Virus record (IMG/VR): IMGVR_UViG_3300042691_032761 | Source: a virus | DNA length: 64,000 nucleotides | Strand: one strand, 5' to 3' | Made by a program: the position numbers and the translations under genes | In this document: positions 10,532 through 20,793 of the stretch, piece by piece | How positions within the stretch are numbered: the stretch's first letter is position 1 | How the letters are laid out: each line of letters starts with the position of its first letter | Notes under the pieces: generated by a model | Told to the model about the DNA's origin: nothing | The model's database searches: none | The model's input: the letters and a program-made list of their open reading frames with translations, nothing else

Positions 10532-10855
10532 TCAGCGAGGTCTGTAGATATGATCAGAATTTTGTTTTAGAGTATTATTTTGCTTTGAGGCGTCTGCCAA
10601 CTCTGATGCCTCTTTGGTCATAATGGCAACGCTATTTGTTTTCTTGTCCCTAGTATGTCTTATCATTAAATCACTAGCAGTAACTTTGGATGTTGTCGCT
10701 GGTATATTATTTTCTTTAGATGCTATCTGATTTTTTTCTACATATTTTTGAACAATATCTACTGGTAGTTTAAGTTCTGTTGATATATCTAAGGCGTTTT
10801 TATCTTGAGTCAATAAATATTGTATCGCATACGATTGAGTCTTATTCAATTTCAT
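10532..10855 (-). CDS. hypothetical protein with N-terminal HTH-like segment
   Basis: KNALDISTELKLPVDIVQKYV; ATG 10855 with upstream AAGGGA. Confidence 0.5.
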   Translation of the reverse strand: MKLNKTQSYAIQYLLTQDKNALDISTELKLPVDIVQKYVEKNQIASKENNIPATTSKVTASDLMIRHTRDKKTNSVAIMTKEASELADASKQNNTLKQNSDHIYRPR

Positions 10856-11226
10856 CGTAGTTCCCTTTCTGCTATATTGAGATGAGCAATGTTTTTTGTT
10901 CTTAAAAAGCACAAATATATATCAAATATTTTTTGATTTACTTCTGTAAATTCCCATTCTGGCTTTCCGCTTCTTTTGGAAAAATTATTTCCTCTTCCTT
11001 CAGAAAAAATTCCGATTGGATTGTATACTCTACCATGCGGACCAACCTTTATCAAGTATCTTGTTTTAGTATCAGAGCTTACTATTTTTTTTGCTAGGAC
11101 ATCTTTTGACTCTTCGTCTATTACAGGATTGTTATCTTCGTCAAAAGAGTCGTGTTTACCTAAAATTGTATAAGTGTATACTTTTCTTGTTTTTTCTTCT
11201 TCTGGTCTAGGGTTAAATATCCCCAT
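10852..11226 (-). CDS. hypothetical protein
   Basis: 124-aa ORF in operon. Confidence 0.6.
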   Translation of the reverse strand: MGIFNPRPEEEKTRKVYTYTILGKHDSFDEDNNPVIDEESKDVLAKKIVSSDTKTRYLIKVGPHGRVYNPIGIFSEGRGNNFSKRSGKPEWEFTEVNQKIFDIYLCFLRTKNIAHLNIAERELR

Positions 11227-11629
11227 CGGTGTTCTCCTGTTTAAAGACCTTGGAACATGTTTCTTCCAATACTGATTGTATGGAATTATAAAATTCTTCT
11301 ATAAATGGACGATAATTTTGTATAGAAAAATCTATAAGATAATCATTACTAATTTGCTCTATTTTTATTGGTTCTTTATATTTATCGTTAACACCTTGAA
11401 TAACCTCTGTTGTTACATTGATTTTAACAGTGTATGGCAAAGGAGTTTCGCTATCTGTAATAACACGACTCTCATATAATTGTTTATTTACTTCGTATTC
11501 TTTTTCCGCAAGTAATATTTCTGCTTTTTTTATTTTGTTTTCTAGCTCAACAAATTTTATTATATCTTCGGCAGATATGATTGAGGAGATAATATCTTGA
11601 GCTTGTTTATCTTCTAAGATTTTGTCCAT
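11213..11629 (-). CDS. hypothetical protein
   Basis: 138-aa ORF in operon. Confidence 0.6.
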   Translation of the reverse strand: MDKILEDKQAQDIISSIISAEDIIKFVELENKIKKAEILLAEKEYEVNKQLYESRVITDSETPLPYTVKINVTTEVIQGVNDKYKEPIKIEQISNDYLIDFSIQNYRPFIEEFYNSIQSVLEETCSKVFKQENTDGDI

Positions 11630-11964
11630 TTGATTTTCTCTGGTTTTTTCATACGAGACATCCCTTTTGGTAATGGCTTGTCTGATTGTTCTTCTTTGTA
11701 AGAATTGTGCTTTTTGTATAAGTGCATTTTTTGATCATCACTCATTTTATCTCTGTTTCTATTGGCCAAATCTCCAATAGTTTTTAGCTCGGTATCAGAC
11801 TTTTTAACCGATGTGTTCTGTGTTGCCACATCCTTGACATACTCTCTAGACGTATTTATAGAATTGCATCTAATACAAATTGGTTTTTCTACATAATCTT
11901 TTATGTAAAAAAACAGTTCAAAAGATGTATTACATTCTTCACAGACGTATGAATAAGTAGGCAT
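11614..11964 (-). CDS. FmdB-family zinc-ribbon protein
   Basis: MPTYSYVCEECNTSFE...CIRCNS. Confidence 0.8.
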   Translation of the reverse strand: MPTYSYVCEECNTSFELFFYIKDYVEKPICIRCNSINTSREYVKDVATQNTSVKKSDTELKTIGDLANRNRDKMSDDQKMHLYKKHNSYKEEQSDKPLPKGMSRMKKPEKIKWTKS

Positions 11965-12551
11965 TATATTGAATATGACTCTGGCAAATAAACAAACCAC
12001 TCTTCCGGTATCTCTGCTCTTATTTTAATCAGGTGGTGGGTGATTGGCAAGTATTTTGAATGCTTCTGTGGTACTGTTGGCAACTTTTTAAGTGGCATAT
12101 TAGCCTGTTTGGGCGTTCTATTTCCTTTCCTTCTATTACATATGACACACGCCGTAACTATATTTGTCCAATTTGTAGGACTGCCTCCATTTTCATAGTT
12201 CCATAATGATTTTGGTATTACATGGTCGTATGTTAATTGATTGATTTCAAATTTATTTCCACAATATTGACAAACATGATCGTCACGAATAAATAAGTTT
12301 TTACGAGAAAATTTTACTCTTTGACTCGATATCTTAAAATATCTTGCTGTCTTTGCAACAGCTGGTATTGGATATTTTTTATTGTTTGCTCCTATGATAC
12401 AATCATCCTTATAGAAGTCTACAATTTCTATTCCACAATTTTTATTTTTTTCATGCTTTAATGCCCAAATTATTGCTTTCGTCCAATCAATAATAGCCAA
12501 TGGAGAATAGTCGGCATTTAAAACGAGACATTTACTGTTTTTGCTCTGCAT
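11964..12551 (-). CDS. HNH endonuclease (McrA-like)
   Basis: LVLNADY, RDDHVCQYCG, TYDHVIPKS, ACVICNRRKG. Confidence 0.88.
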   Translation of the reverse strand: MQSKNSKCLVLNADYSPLAIIDWTKAIIWALKHEKNKNCGIEIVDFYKDDCIIGANNKKYPIPAVAKTARYFKISSQRVKFSRKNLFIRDDHVCQYCGNKFEINQLTYDHVIPKSLWNYENGGSPTNWTNIVTACVICNRRKGNRTPKQANMPLKKLPTVPQKHSKYLPITHHLIKIRAEIPEEWFVYLPESYSI

Positions 12552-13266
12552 GTTCGTAAGAATCTAATCTTGCTAATATTTTTACAATTATAGGATTTCT
12601 AACAATATCTGATCCATTTAGTTCTGATATACCTATGCCATCAACATTATTCAGAGCGGACATTATGTCTGTAAATCCACCCCTCATGTGTCTGTGAAGA
12701 TCGCTTTGTCCAGCATCTCCAGTTAGAACCATTTTACTGTCTGTGCCAGTTCTAGTCAATAACATTTTTAATTGTTCATAGGTTGCGTTTTGACATTCGT
12801 CTGCTACAATAAAACTATTATGGAAGTTTCTTCCTCTCATTAATCCAAGAGGAACAACTTCTATTTTATTATTTAATTTTAACGTTGCATAAAGAGCGGG
12901 GCTTATGAAATGATTGATTTCGTCCAATATAGGCAATAAATATGGATGCAGCTTTTCTTCTGCGGTTCCTGGAAGATAACCAATTTTTTCTCCTGCTTCT
13001 ATAACTGGTCTAGTTATAATAATCTTTTTTACTTTATTTTCAAGCAAATATTCCAATGCCATGCCAATAGCAATGTGGGTTTTCCCGCTACCAGCCAAAC
13101 CTTGACAGAATGTAATAGTATTCTCTGCTATGGTACGAATATATTCTTTTTGATTTTCTGTTCTAGGTTTTAATCTATTCCTGTATGCGGCAGCATTCTC
13201 ATTAATAATGGGATTGGTAGCGTCAATCACTTTATTCTTTTTTTGTTTTTTAGTATTTTTTCTCAA
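12532..13266 (-). CDS. phoH: PhoH-like ATPase
   Basis: GLAGSGKT, GYLPG, MRGRNF, DECQN, GDAGQSD, VRNP. Confidence 0.93.
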   Translation of the reverse strand: MRKNTKKQKKNKVIDATNPIINENAAAYRNRLKPRTENQKEYIRTIAENTITFCQGLAGSGKTHIAIGMALEYLLENKVKKIIITRPVIEAGEKIGYLPGTAEEKLHPYLLPILDEINHFISPALYATLKLNNKIEVVPLGLMRGRNFHNSFIVADECQNATYEQLKMLLTRTGTDSKMVLTGDAGQSDLHRHMRGGFTDIMSALNNVDGIGISELNGSDIVRNPIIVKILARLDSYEHAEQKQ

Positions 13267-13288
13267 GTTTTGCCCTTTACGGAAAGAG

Positions 13289-15484
13289 TTAAATTAGACA
13301 TGCTCCACCAGCACAACTAACTTCCTCTATCCCAGCAGTATTATCTTCCGTTTCTGATAGTTGTGTATAATCAACTTTTTGAAAGCTATCAAATAAATCA
13401 CAATATAATTTCCAATTATGTACATCTTTCATACAATATGTGAGTCTTTTGACATCTCCGTCGAAATATTTACCAGCAAAATTTTTCATCTTGGTTATGA
13501 ATAACAACTTATCTTGATTGTCTGTCTCTTTAGCCTGATTCATATTGACATAATCACAGGCTGCCCACAAGTTATTATGGAATGCATTTAGGGCAAGTTC
13601 TATTAAACCAGAACACCATAATGCAGCATCTCCGTATTCCTTTACTATTTCTCTACTAGTATAGACAGTAGTAAATGGCGCTTGTGGATAGTCTTTATCT
13701 CCACTTTGAGGAATAAGACTAATTCCAGCAAAGTATTTTCTATTATCAAAGATATAATTGGTCACATCATCCCACTCGTCTGGTTTAACGGTAACAGTAT
13801 TGCTCACATTATGACTTAAATATTCTTGTGTGCATAATGATTTATTTTTACCATTGTTAACCCAGTGCTTTTGTGTTTCTTTGACAACAGAAAGCATCTC
13901 TACTGCTGGTAATTGGTTTTTTAATTTGGCTCCGTCTGGAACCTCAATTGGAAATTTAATTACCTCATCCGTATTATTGGCTGACCACGATGATTTCTCA
14001 CAGGCTTGTGGATTTATCTTTTTAAAGTGTTGGTATGGTGCCTCTAAAACATTTGCCTGTACATGGCGTATATATCGCTTGGCGTGATGTGGGTGGATAC
14101 CTGAACTAGTACCAAGCATACTTGAACTTGTGCCTTCTGGTTTTAAACAAGTTACCCTTGCGGCCTGATTGATATTTATTTTTTTAGCCATCTCTTTATT
14201 GGTTTCAACAGCAATCTTTGCTCCGTTCTTTAATACTTTTTCAGTAAGAACAAGATCGTGTTTCTCCATTGTGCCAGTTAATGACACACCGAGCAGAGAC
14301 TCTCTTGCAAAAATCTTTTCGCTAACATTTCCAAGATATGCTAGTGTTGTGAATCCTGCTTGTAGAGTACCAATTATTGAAGCAGCACGGCATCTCTCAT
14401 AAAAATCATCTTCGTCTACTACGCTAGAGCAATTAATGGTGGACAAGTTGCATCCTTGCCAACCGCTCTTGCCAGTTTCCTCGTCTACTGGCCACATGCC
14501 AATTTCTACACAAGGATTAAAAATCATTTCTGTTGATTCGCTCCAAATAAATCCTGGTTCACCAAACTCTTTAACGCTTTCCATTAACATCTGGAACTCT
14601 TCAAGAGTTGTTTCGTTTTTAAGCAAGAGTGCAGAATTATTGCTTCGTGCTCTTTGTGGATTTTCGACATACCAATTACCAGTTTTAGCTTTGGCCATGT
14701 CTTCATCGTCTGGACTAAACAATGCCAGACTAGCGCTTCTACGAACACCTCCGCTTAATACGGCATCGCTACTATGCATAACAATATCATATGCATCAAT
14801 TGGGCGTAGTTTTTTTTGTCCATTTGATACGCAACGGTCTAACAAATTTCGTATCTTTTCTAGACCATTTTGTAAAGGCTCAAATCCTGGAGCTTTTCCT
14901 ACTCCACTTGCTAGAGGAGAACCTTTTGGACGAATATTAGAATAGTCAAATACAACGTAGCTATTCTTATAGATTTTAAACTCTTCAATAGGTTTACTAA
15001 AATAACTACTCAAAAGAACACCAAGAGCATCTGCCCAGCCTTCTATGCTATCTTCTATAACATATTTTATACCCTGATTATTATTTGGAACTTCATGTTC
15101 TAGTGTTGGTAGTTTAGAGACATGGTGTTTTTGAACACTAAAACCGGTGCCACTCCCACACAATAGAAGCCAAAAACATTCTTGAAAAAATCGTAATCTG
15201 TCACAATAAGAACTTGTGCAATTATAGATTTTTGCGTGTCTCTTTAAGATTGGATCTCCACCAAATTGGAGTCCTCTTTGGGATCCTAAAACCTTCTTTT
15301 TATGCATAATATCATATGCCCAATCTATTTCGTCAGAAATACCAAATTTGTCATACTGAACATGCATCATATCTCTAACGCGGTCTACTGCTTCTTTCCA
15401 TGTTTCTCTACGATTTTTGTCTTCTAGCCAACGAGCATATTTGCTAACAAATGTATAATTCTGAAGTTCTTGAAGCGCAGACAT
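13289..15484 (-). CDS. nrdJ: class II (B12-dependent) ribonucleotide reductase
   Basis: GGVRRSA, FNPCVEI, KPEGTSS, C-terminal CAGGAC; no beta subunit nearby. Confidence 0.88.
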   Translation of the reverse strand: MSALQELQNYTFVSKYARWLEDKNRRETWKEAVDRVRDMMHVQYDKFGISDEIDWAYDIMHKKKVLGSQRGLQFGGDPILKRHAKIYNCTSSYCDRLRFFQECFWLLLCGSGTGFSVQKHHVSKLPTLEHEVPNNNQGIKYVIEDSIEGWADALGVLLSSYFSKPIEEFKIYKNSYVVFDYSNIRPKGSPLASGVGKAPGFEPLQNGLEKIRNLLDRCVSNGQKKLRPIDAYDIVMHSSDAVLSGGVRRSASLALFSPDDEDMAKAKTGNWYVENPQRARSNNSALLLKNETTLEEFQMLMESVKEFGEPGFIWSESTEMIFNPCVEIGMWPVDEETGKSGWQGCNLSTINCSSVVDEDDFYERCRAASIIGTLQAGFTTLAYLGNVSEKIFARESLLGVSLTGTMEKHDLVLTEKVLKNGAKIAVETNKEMAKKININQAARVTCLKPEGTSSSMLGTSSGIHPHHAKRYIRHVQANVLEAPYQHFKKINPQACEKSSWSANNTDEVIKFPIEVPDGAKLKNQLPAVEMLSVVKETQKHWVNNGKNKSLCTQEYLSHNVSNTVTVKPDEWDDVTNYIFDNRKYFAGISLIPQSGDKDYPQAPFTTVYTSREIVKEYGDAALWCSGLIELALNAFHNNLWAACDYVNMNQAKETDNQDKLLFITKMKNFAGKYFDGDVKRLTYCMKDVHNWKLYCDLFDSFQKVDYTQLSETEDNTAGIEEVSCAGGACLI

Positions 15485-15485
15485 A

Positions 15486-15641
15486 TTATCTCCTATGTAA
15501 ATTATCCAGTAAATAAAACGTGCTTATAAAGCCAAGTATTACTAATCCTTTAAATGATCTATCCATCATTTCGATATTTCCAGTAATACTGTTGTAGAGA
15601 AAATTAAATAAAAATAAATAAAATATGATTATGTATATCAT
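15486..15641 (-). CDS. small membrane protein
   Basis: Two hydrophobic segments. Confidence 0.45.
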   Translation of the reverse strand: MIYIIIFYLFLFNFLYNSITGNIEMMDRSFKGLVILGFISTFYLLDNLHRR

Positions 15642-16108
15642 AATACACCAGTCAGTTGTTTCAACCAAGAAAGATCCGGCGTTACTTTTTCGATTTTTAG
15701 ACCACTTAGTTTCACAAACTGATCAAAAATTGTTTTTTGATTTTCATCAAACTTATGAGTTCCATGACTGTCAGACATAATTATCTGGGTCACTCCTTCT
15801 TGCCACAATGCCATAACACAATCATTGCAGCACTGTCCTGTAACATACGCTATGCCGTTATCTGGTCTAACAACACAATTACTAAGAGCATTTCTTTCAG
15901 CATGAATCATCCAAGCATATTTTTCTGGACGAGTTAATGGCAAATAACTATCATCTAGTCCTTTTGGAAATCCATTGTATCCAACACCCAATATGCGGTT
16001 AGACCTATCGGTTATAACGCATCCGTGCTGAGTGTGTATATCATGACTTCTTTGAGAAGCCACTTTTGCTAAGCCTAAAAAATAATTTGTCCACGTTGGT
16101 CTGCTCAT
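15638..16108 (-). CDS. dCMP deaminase
   Basis: GYNGFPKG, IHAERNA, CCNDC. Confidence 0.88.
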   Translation of the reverse strand: MSRPTWTNYFLGLAKVASQRSHDIHTQHGCVITDRSNRILGVGYNGFPKGLDDSYLPLTRPEKYAWMIHAERNALSNCVVRPDNGIAYVTGQCCNDCVMALWQEGVTQIIMSDSHGTHKFDENQKTIFDQFVKLSGLKIEKVTPDLSWLKQLTGVL

Positions 16109-16114
16109 GGAGTT

Positions 16115-16142
16115 ATTATAGGCTATATGGTCAAGAAGTCAA
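16115..16142 (-). promoter_or_regulatory. sigma70-type promoter, probable leaderless transcript
   Basis: TTGACT-N16-TATAAT, ATG 6 nt downstream, no SD. Confidence 0.65.
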
Positions 16143-16144
16143 GA

Positions 16145-16393
16145 CTACTTTTTGGTCACCTTGTTATATAGAACAAGCGTTAAAATACCACCAGCGATTC
16201 CCATTAATATGCCAGCAGGAGATACTGCATTATATTGCCCAAGCATATAAAGAATAGCTCCTCCCATATATGAGCCAGCAACGCCCAATGCTACTGTTTT
16301 TACAAAACCGAAATTTTCTTCGCCAGGAACTATGCTTTTTGCTATAGAACCAACAAATAAACCATAAACACACCACACTAATATATTAAACAT
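16145..16393 (-). CDS. GlsB/YeaQ/YmgE (transglycosylase-associated) membrane protein
   Basis: GLFVGSIAKSIVPG, LGVAGSYMGG; 3 TM segments. Confidence 0.8.
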   Translation of the reverse strand: MFNILVWCVYGLFVGSIAKSIVPGEENFGFVKTVALGVAGSYMGGAILYMLGQYNAVSPAGILMGIAGGILTLVLYNKVTKK

Positions 16394-16790
16394 TTGCTGC
16401 CTCCACTAAGGTAATAACTTCATCATCCTTGAGATTTTCTCCTGCATCTAGCATTGCTTCAACTATTTTTATTCCATATTTATTGTAATCTTCTGGGCTA
16501 AGTTCTCTCTTGACAATTCTTTTCATTCTCAATCTTGTGAACCACCCTCTTTTTTTACTAAAGGTTCTGATTTCTGCCCCATAAACAGCATATTTGTCTT
16601 GAGATGTCATGTCTTTAGTTTTATTTTTATTGCATTCTTGCAGCACTCTTATGACTGTTAAGATAATGCTGATCATCATCAAAACAGCAATAACGCTGCC
16701 AAATTTTTGGTCTTGAGGAACATTGGCTTTAGCCAATACTCTCTGCGATATTTCTTTTAGTTTTTGATTTTTTTCTTCATCATTTGTCAT
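16386..16790 (-). CDS. single-TM hypothetical protein
   Basis: Hydrophobic FGSVIAVLMMISIILTVI. Confidence 0.6.
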   Translation of the reverse strand: MTNDEEKNQKLKEISQRVLAKANVPQDQKFGSVIAVLMMISIILTVIRVLQECNKNKTKDMTSQDKYAVYGAEIRTFSKKRGWFTRLRMKRIVKRELSPEDYNKYGIKIVEAMLDAGENLKDDEVITLVEAANV

Positions 16791-16793
16791 ATA

Positions 16794-17123
16794 TCACCTT
16801 GTTGTTGGTCTGCACACACCATCTGGACACGACTGTTTTATTGTTGCTGGTGGATGGACTATAATTTTTGGTGGCTCTGTTTTAGTTTCTGGTTCGCAAT
16901 ATCCGCAGTCCACTTTTTTGATACCATCGCCACTCCAATACCATCCGGCACCCTTACATACTGGACAATCTTTTCTTTTGTATTTTTTACCAGTATTATC
17001 AACATTACGAGCTTTTATTATACTTCCAGCAACCGTGACAGCAGCAGTTGTTGATACATCTAATGATGCATAATTGCCAATAAACATAGAGGCTACGATA
17101 ATAGTTGCTAAAATACTTTTCAT
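16794..17123 (-). CDS. secreted Cys-rich protein
   Basis: Signal peptide, CPVCKGAG...CGYC, C-terminal SCPDGVC. Confidence 0.6.
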   Translation of the reverse strand: MKSILATIIVASMFIGNYASLDVSTTAAVTVAGSIIKARNVDNTGKKYKRKDCPVCKGAGWYWSGDGIKKVDCGYCEPETKTEPPKIIVHPPATIKQSCPDGVCRPTTR

Positions 17124-17278
17124 TTTTTCTTTCTCCATCTTGGAAAGATTTTTTTGTCTGGCTTAGGAATTTCTATTTCATCTAAAACTTTTGGATTAAA
17201 AATTTTGATTAAACTCAAAATAAAATTTGATACTATACTTATTAATCTATTTAATACTATTTTATCTAATAGTTTCAT
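17120..17278 (-). CDS. small hypothetical protein (52 aa)
   Basis: Below cutoff: MKLLDKIVLNRLISIVSNFILSLIK...PRWRKKK*; ATGA overlaps at both ends. Confidence 0.65.
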   Translation of the reverse strand: MKLLDKIVLNRLISIVSNFILSLIKIFNPKVLDEIEIPKPDKKIFPRWRKKK

Positions 17279-18051
17279 AAACCATACCTATTATTCATTT
17301 CAGTTAAACTAGAAGAAATTTGTGATGCTGTCAAGGCTGCGTTTCTATAAACTTTTAATAAACTTATGTAACCAGTATAAAATTCCGATACATTATGTGC
17401 TGAGTAACCTAGTAATAAGCCCTGAGAAGGATTAACAGAAGCAGGAGCGGAACCATCAACAACCAGCGTATCTCCAACATACAGTTTCACGTTTGTGCCA
17501 GATTTCACAATTGCTATCTGGGTCCATTCGTTCAAAGGCAAATTGACAGTAGAGTTCCAATCGTAAGCTGTTCCTGCTATGTATAGGGAATCAGGTGATG
17601 ATATATCATTCCACCTTAACATGACTCCATTTTCATAAGTGCCAATATTAAGAATTGTATGGAAAGATAGTAAATTTCCAGCTATTCTAGTCCATACTAA
17701 AATACTAAATGAATCTGTGCCAAAGTTTAAATAACCATTATAATTATTATCATAAACACTTTCGGCACCATTAAACAGCATAGCACTACCATAAGTTGTA
17801 GTATACATGCCTCCATAGCTTAGTGTCAAATCATTACTAGGAGCGGCCAAATCATACCATGTTGTTCCGGTTCCAGGATAACTAGTTGAATTATCAGCAT
17901 CTACGCTTAAAACTAGCGAGCCACCGGGTTGAGCAGAATAAACATAAAATGCGTTTTCATTGTATGAATAATCGCTATAATCTATATGAAAGGTCTGAGC
18001 TTTTCTAATATAAAAAGAAGAATTATTTTTTCTAACAAAATAATCTGTCAT
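17275..18051 (-). CDS. LamG/ConA-like lectin-domain protein
   Basis: SYPGTGTTWYDL, SFSILVW, NEWTQIAIV, KLYV, GYISLLKVY. Confidence 0.8.
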   Translation of the reverse strand: MTDYFVRKNNSSFYIRKAQTFHIDYSDYSYNENAFYVYSAQPGGSLVLSVDADNSTSYPGTGTTWYDLAAPSNDLTLSYGGMYTTTYGSAMLFNGAESVYDNNYNGYLNFGTDSFSILVWTRIAGNLLSFHTILNIGTYENGVMLRWNDISSPDSLYIAGTAYDWNSTVNLPLNEWTQIAIVKSGTNVKLYVGDTLVVDGSAPASVNPSQGLLLGYSAHNVSEFYTGYISLLKVYRNAALTASQISSSLTEMNNRYGL

Positions 18052-18977
18052 AAATAATCCTCAAAACCATAAGAAGGAAGTTTTTGTACTGGAAATCCAT
18101 CAAAATTACTAAACGCATAACTACCATTTTGAGCTAGCATTCCAGCAGCAACATCTGAGCGTATTAAAAATGAGCCATCTGGAATTGGACCCCATTCTGG
18201 ATGACCGCCATCATTCCATTTGCCCCAACTATTTTGTACTAAGAATAATGGTTCACTACCAGTATCATCACACGCTATCCAAGCCATGCAATGAGCCCAA
18301 CTACCACTAACATTAGATATTCCCTTTTTATCTCTCTTATTGCTAAATCCATAACTAGAACATACTGCTAAACCATAACCGTTTGCTAGCGCATCTCTTG
18401 CTTCGTCTATTGTTTTTACTAAACTGACTGTTTTAATTTGATGATCGTTTGCAGCATCTATTACAACATCTGGTAGACCTCTCGCTCCCCATCCTGCTCC
18501 AAGGTTACCATTATATTTACTAAAATCAGCTACTCCCTTATAGTTCTTACGCAAAAGGATTCCTCCATTTTTACTAACAAATTCTGCTGCTCTTGAGCAA
18601 CTCATTCCTTGGCCTCCATGACCCCTAGCGCCATAAATAGCTTCTGTTGCACCTCTAGCAATCCATGCTTCTCTTTCTCCATGCACATCTATTTCTACTG
18701 CTCTACTAACATCACAAGCACTTCGTGTTCCATGACTAACACAATCTCCAGTGGTTTGTCTTTCTTCATAAGCTTTTTTATCAAATTTTAATACACTCTT
18801 ATATGGCGTTGATAATTTCCCCTTACCACTCCCTACTATTTTTTTGTTTGCTCCATCTCCAAATAGTGGATATTTGCTTACCTCCATCAGATGGTCAAAA
18901 ACATGCTGTTCCCATAAGCAACCACTAAAACCTTTTCTATAATTGTTATATAACTCTTCAGGAGTGTATCTTGCCAT
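18048..18977 (-). CDS. papain-like C1 cysteine peptidase
   Basis: QTTGDCVSHG, WAHCM, QNSWG catalytic motifs. Confidence 0.82.
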   Translation of the reverse strand: MARYTPEELYNNYRKGFSGCLWEQHVFDHLMEVSKYPLFGDGANKKIVGSGKGKLSTPYKSVLKFDKKAYEERQTTGDCVSHGTRSACDVSRAVEIDVHGEREAWIARGATEAIYGARGHGGQGMSCSRAAEFVSKNGGILLRKNYKGVADFSKYNGNLGAGWGARGLPDVVIDAANDHQIKTVSLVKTIDEARDALANGYGLAVCSSYGFSNKRDKKGISNVSGSWAHCMAWIACDDTGSEPLFLVQNSWGKWNDGGHPEWGPIPDGSFLIRSDVAAGMLAQNGSYAFSNFDGFPVQKLPSYGFEDYL

Positions 18978-19477
18978 TATTTGCTTCCTTCGTTGCAAGC
19001 CCATGATAAAGCACGAAATCCGTCTACAGACTTTGTTCTTAAAGTATCTGTAAGTGGAACAGAATCATCACCAATAATACTAACAATAAGATCATTACAT
19101 GATTTTGCAAGATTAGAGTACTTGCCTTTTATATCCATCTTTAACATTAGTCCGGCCAAAGAATTAGCTTGACGAATTTCTTCTGTATTTTTTATAACAG
19201 CATCTTCACCATTCAGAGATATCAATGTTGCTAAATCATTGTATAATTCAGCTAATTTAACTCCATCTACTTTTCTTCCTGACCCGCCAGATCTTAAAGC
19301 ATCCACAACTTTTAAAGCCATAATTTCTAAATCTTTATCTGATGGTTTTTCAATAACAACAACAGATGGTCTTGTTACTGTACCGCCAGTATTGATCCAG
19401 TTTGATAAATCTGGTTTAAAAAGTCCTATGGCTATTAATGCAACACCAACTCCTAGTAAAAGCTTGTTATTCATCAC
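18977..19477 (-). CDS. membrane-anchored hypothetical protein
   Basis: N-terminal TM/signal segment. Confidence 0.6.
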   Translation of the reverse strand: MMNNKLLLGVGVALIAIGLFKPDLSNWINTGGTVTRPSVVVIEKPSDKDLEIMALKVVDALRSGGSGRKVDGVKLAELYNDLATLISLNGEDAVIKNTEEIRQANSLAGLMLKMDIKGKYSNLAKSCNDLIVSIIGDDSVPLTDTLRTKSVDGFRALSWACNEGSK

Positions 19478-19851
19478 ACATTCTCCTTGTTTGATCCGCA
19501 GATATTAGGACTCAGATATGGAAACATTTGATCGGCAACCTTTACTGCTTCTATGCAATTGCTTTTAGCCGCCAAATCTCTTGTTTGTTTCCATGATACA
19601 ATAAGATCGAAGAACACGGCCTCTTTATCTGTTGTGTCAGAAGAAGATGGAACAACGGGGGTTACATTTAACTTATTGGTGGCGGGTATTTTACTCTTGA
19701 CATTAGTTACAATGTCGGAAATAATTTTTTGGACGGGGCTAAGTTTGTCCTTAAATAAGGCCCATAAAACTAATCCTGCTCCAGCATATAAAGCCAGATC
19801 TAAAGTAGAGACTGACTTGCTAAATTCTTCAAAAGTTTGTGTGTAGTTCAT
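19474..19851 (-). CDS. single-TM hypothetical protein
   Basis: LALYAGAGLVLWALF. Confidence 0.6.
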   Translation of the reverse strand: MNYTQTFEEFSKSVSTLDLALYAGAGLVLWALFKDKLSPVQKIISDIVTNVKSKIPATNKLNVTPVVPSSSDTTDKEAVFFDLIVSWKQTRDLAAKSNCIEAVKVADQMFPYLSPNICGSNKENV

Positions 19852-20245
19852 TTTTTTCCTCTTTGTTAAAACCTTTTTTGATAAAAACTCCGGTATTTCT
19901 GAAAATAGTTACTGTAGCATCTATGGACGCGGCAACCATAATCATTAATATGCCTTTAACATACCTATGTATAATAGGTTCTATGAGCTGAGGAACAAAA
20001 GGAATATCAATGACTATAAAAACTCTATCATAAAAACTATTTAAGCAACTAAGCGCCAATGTTTTTTTATCTGATCCCGCTAAATCATTAGCAGTATGTT
20101 CTATTACTTGGACTATGCTCGCTGTAGCCAACTGCAACAGTTTCCACGCTTCACCAATGGCTATTTTTTTTACATGTCCTATGGATTCTTGAGTTTGTGA
20201 AATTAAAATTTCAGATTCTTTTTGAACTATTTCTTTTGGTGTCAT
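19829..20245 (-). CDS. hypothetical protein
   Basis: 138-aa ORF, hydrophobic C-terminus. Confidence 0.6.
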   Translation of the reverse strand: MTPKEIVQKESEILISQTQESIGHVKKIAIGEAWKLLQLATASIVQVIEHTANDLAGSDKKTLALSCLNSFYDRVFIVIDIPFVPQLIEPIIHRYVKGILMIMVAASIDATVTIFRNTGVFIKKGFNKEEKNELHTNF

Positions 20246-20552
20246 TTTTTTTACTTCTTTTTTTCCTAGTTTTGATTATCGCTGGCTTTGGAGTTGGCTC
20301 TACTGATGGCTTTGTTTCTGGTTGATTTGTCCGCCAAATTTTTTTGATTTCTGTTCTGCCTTTTATGTATCTAAAAAGTACGGTTAATTGTCCAACTATT
20401 AGTATTAAAGCTTCTAGACCTCTACTTGTTTCACTTATCAGATCTTCTTTTTGACTATTACTATCCAATAATCCTAGTAAATACAATCCACTAAATAAAA
20501 AGCTCACTAAAGTGAACCAAAATTCACTGGTTTTGTACCCTGGTTTGATCAT
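20211..20552 (-). CDS. holin-like 2-TM membrane protein
   Basis: PGYKTSEFW, two TM segments, basic C-terminal tail. Confidence 0.5.
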   Translation of the reverse strand: MIKPGYKTSEFWFTLVSFLFSGLYLLGLLDSNSQKEDLISETSRGLEALILIVGQLTVLFRYIKGRTEIKKIWRTNQPETKPSVEPTPKPAIIKTRKKRSKKNDTKRNSSKRI

Positions 20553-20557
20553 TGTTA

Positions 20558-20761
20558 TCAAGTGCCTTGAGTGCCGTCGCCATGGTAGTAACTTGGATCA
20601 TCAAATCTAACATCAAATTTTGCTTGAATATCTGTTATTACCGGAGTATTATTCACATAAGCATCATATTTAGAATATTGTCCTGTCCATGAGGTAGTAG
20701 TTATCATGGTTCCATTTTTAATATTATTAGCTGAAATTGCTTTTTGAATATCATTTGCCAT
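20558..20761 (-). CDS. hypothetical protein
   Basis: GGAG SD; GGTGTA element upstream. Confidence 0.6.
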   Translation of the reverse strand: MANDIQKAISANNIKNGTMITTTSWTGQYSKYDAYVNNTPVITDIQAKFDVRFDDPSYYHGDGTQGT

Positions 20762-20793
20762 ATTTATTTCTCCATAAATTTATTTACACCAAA

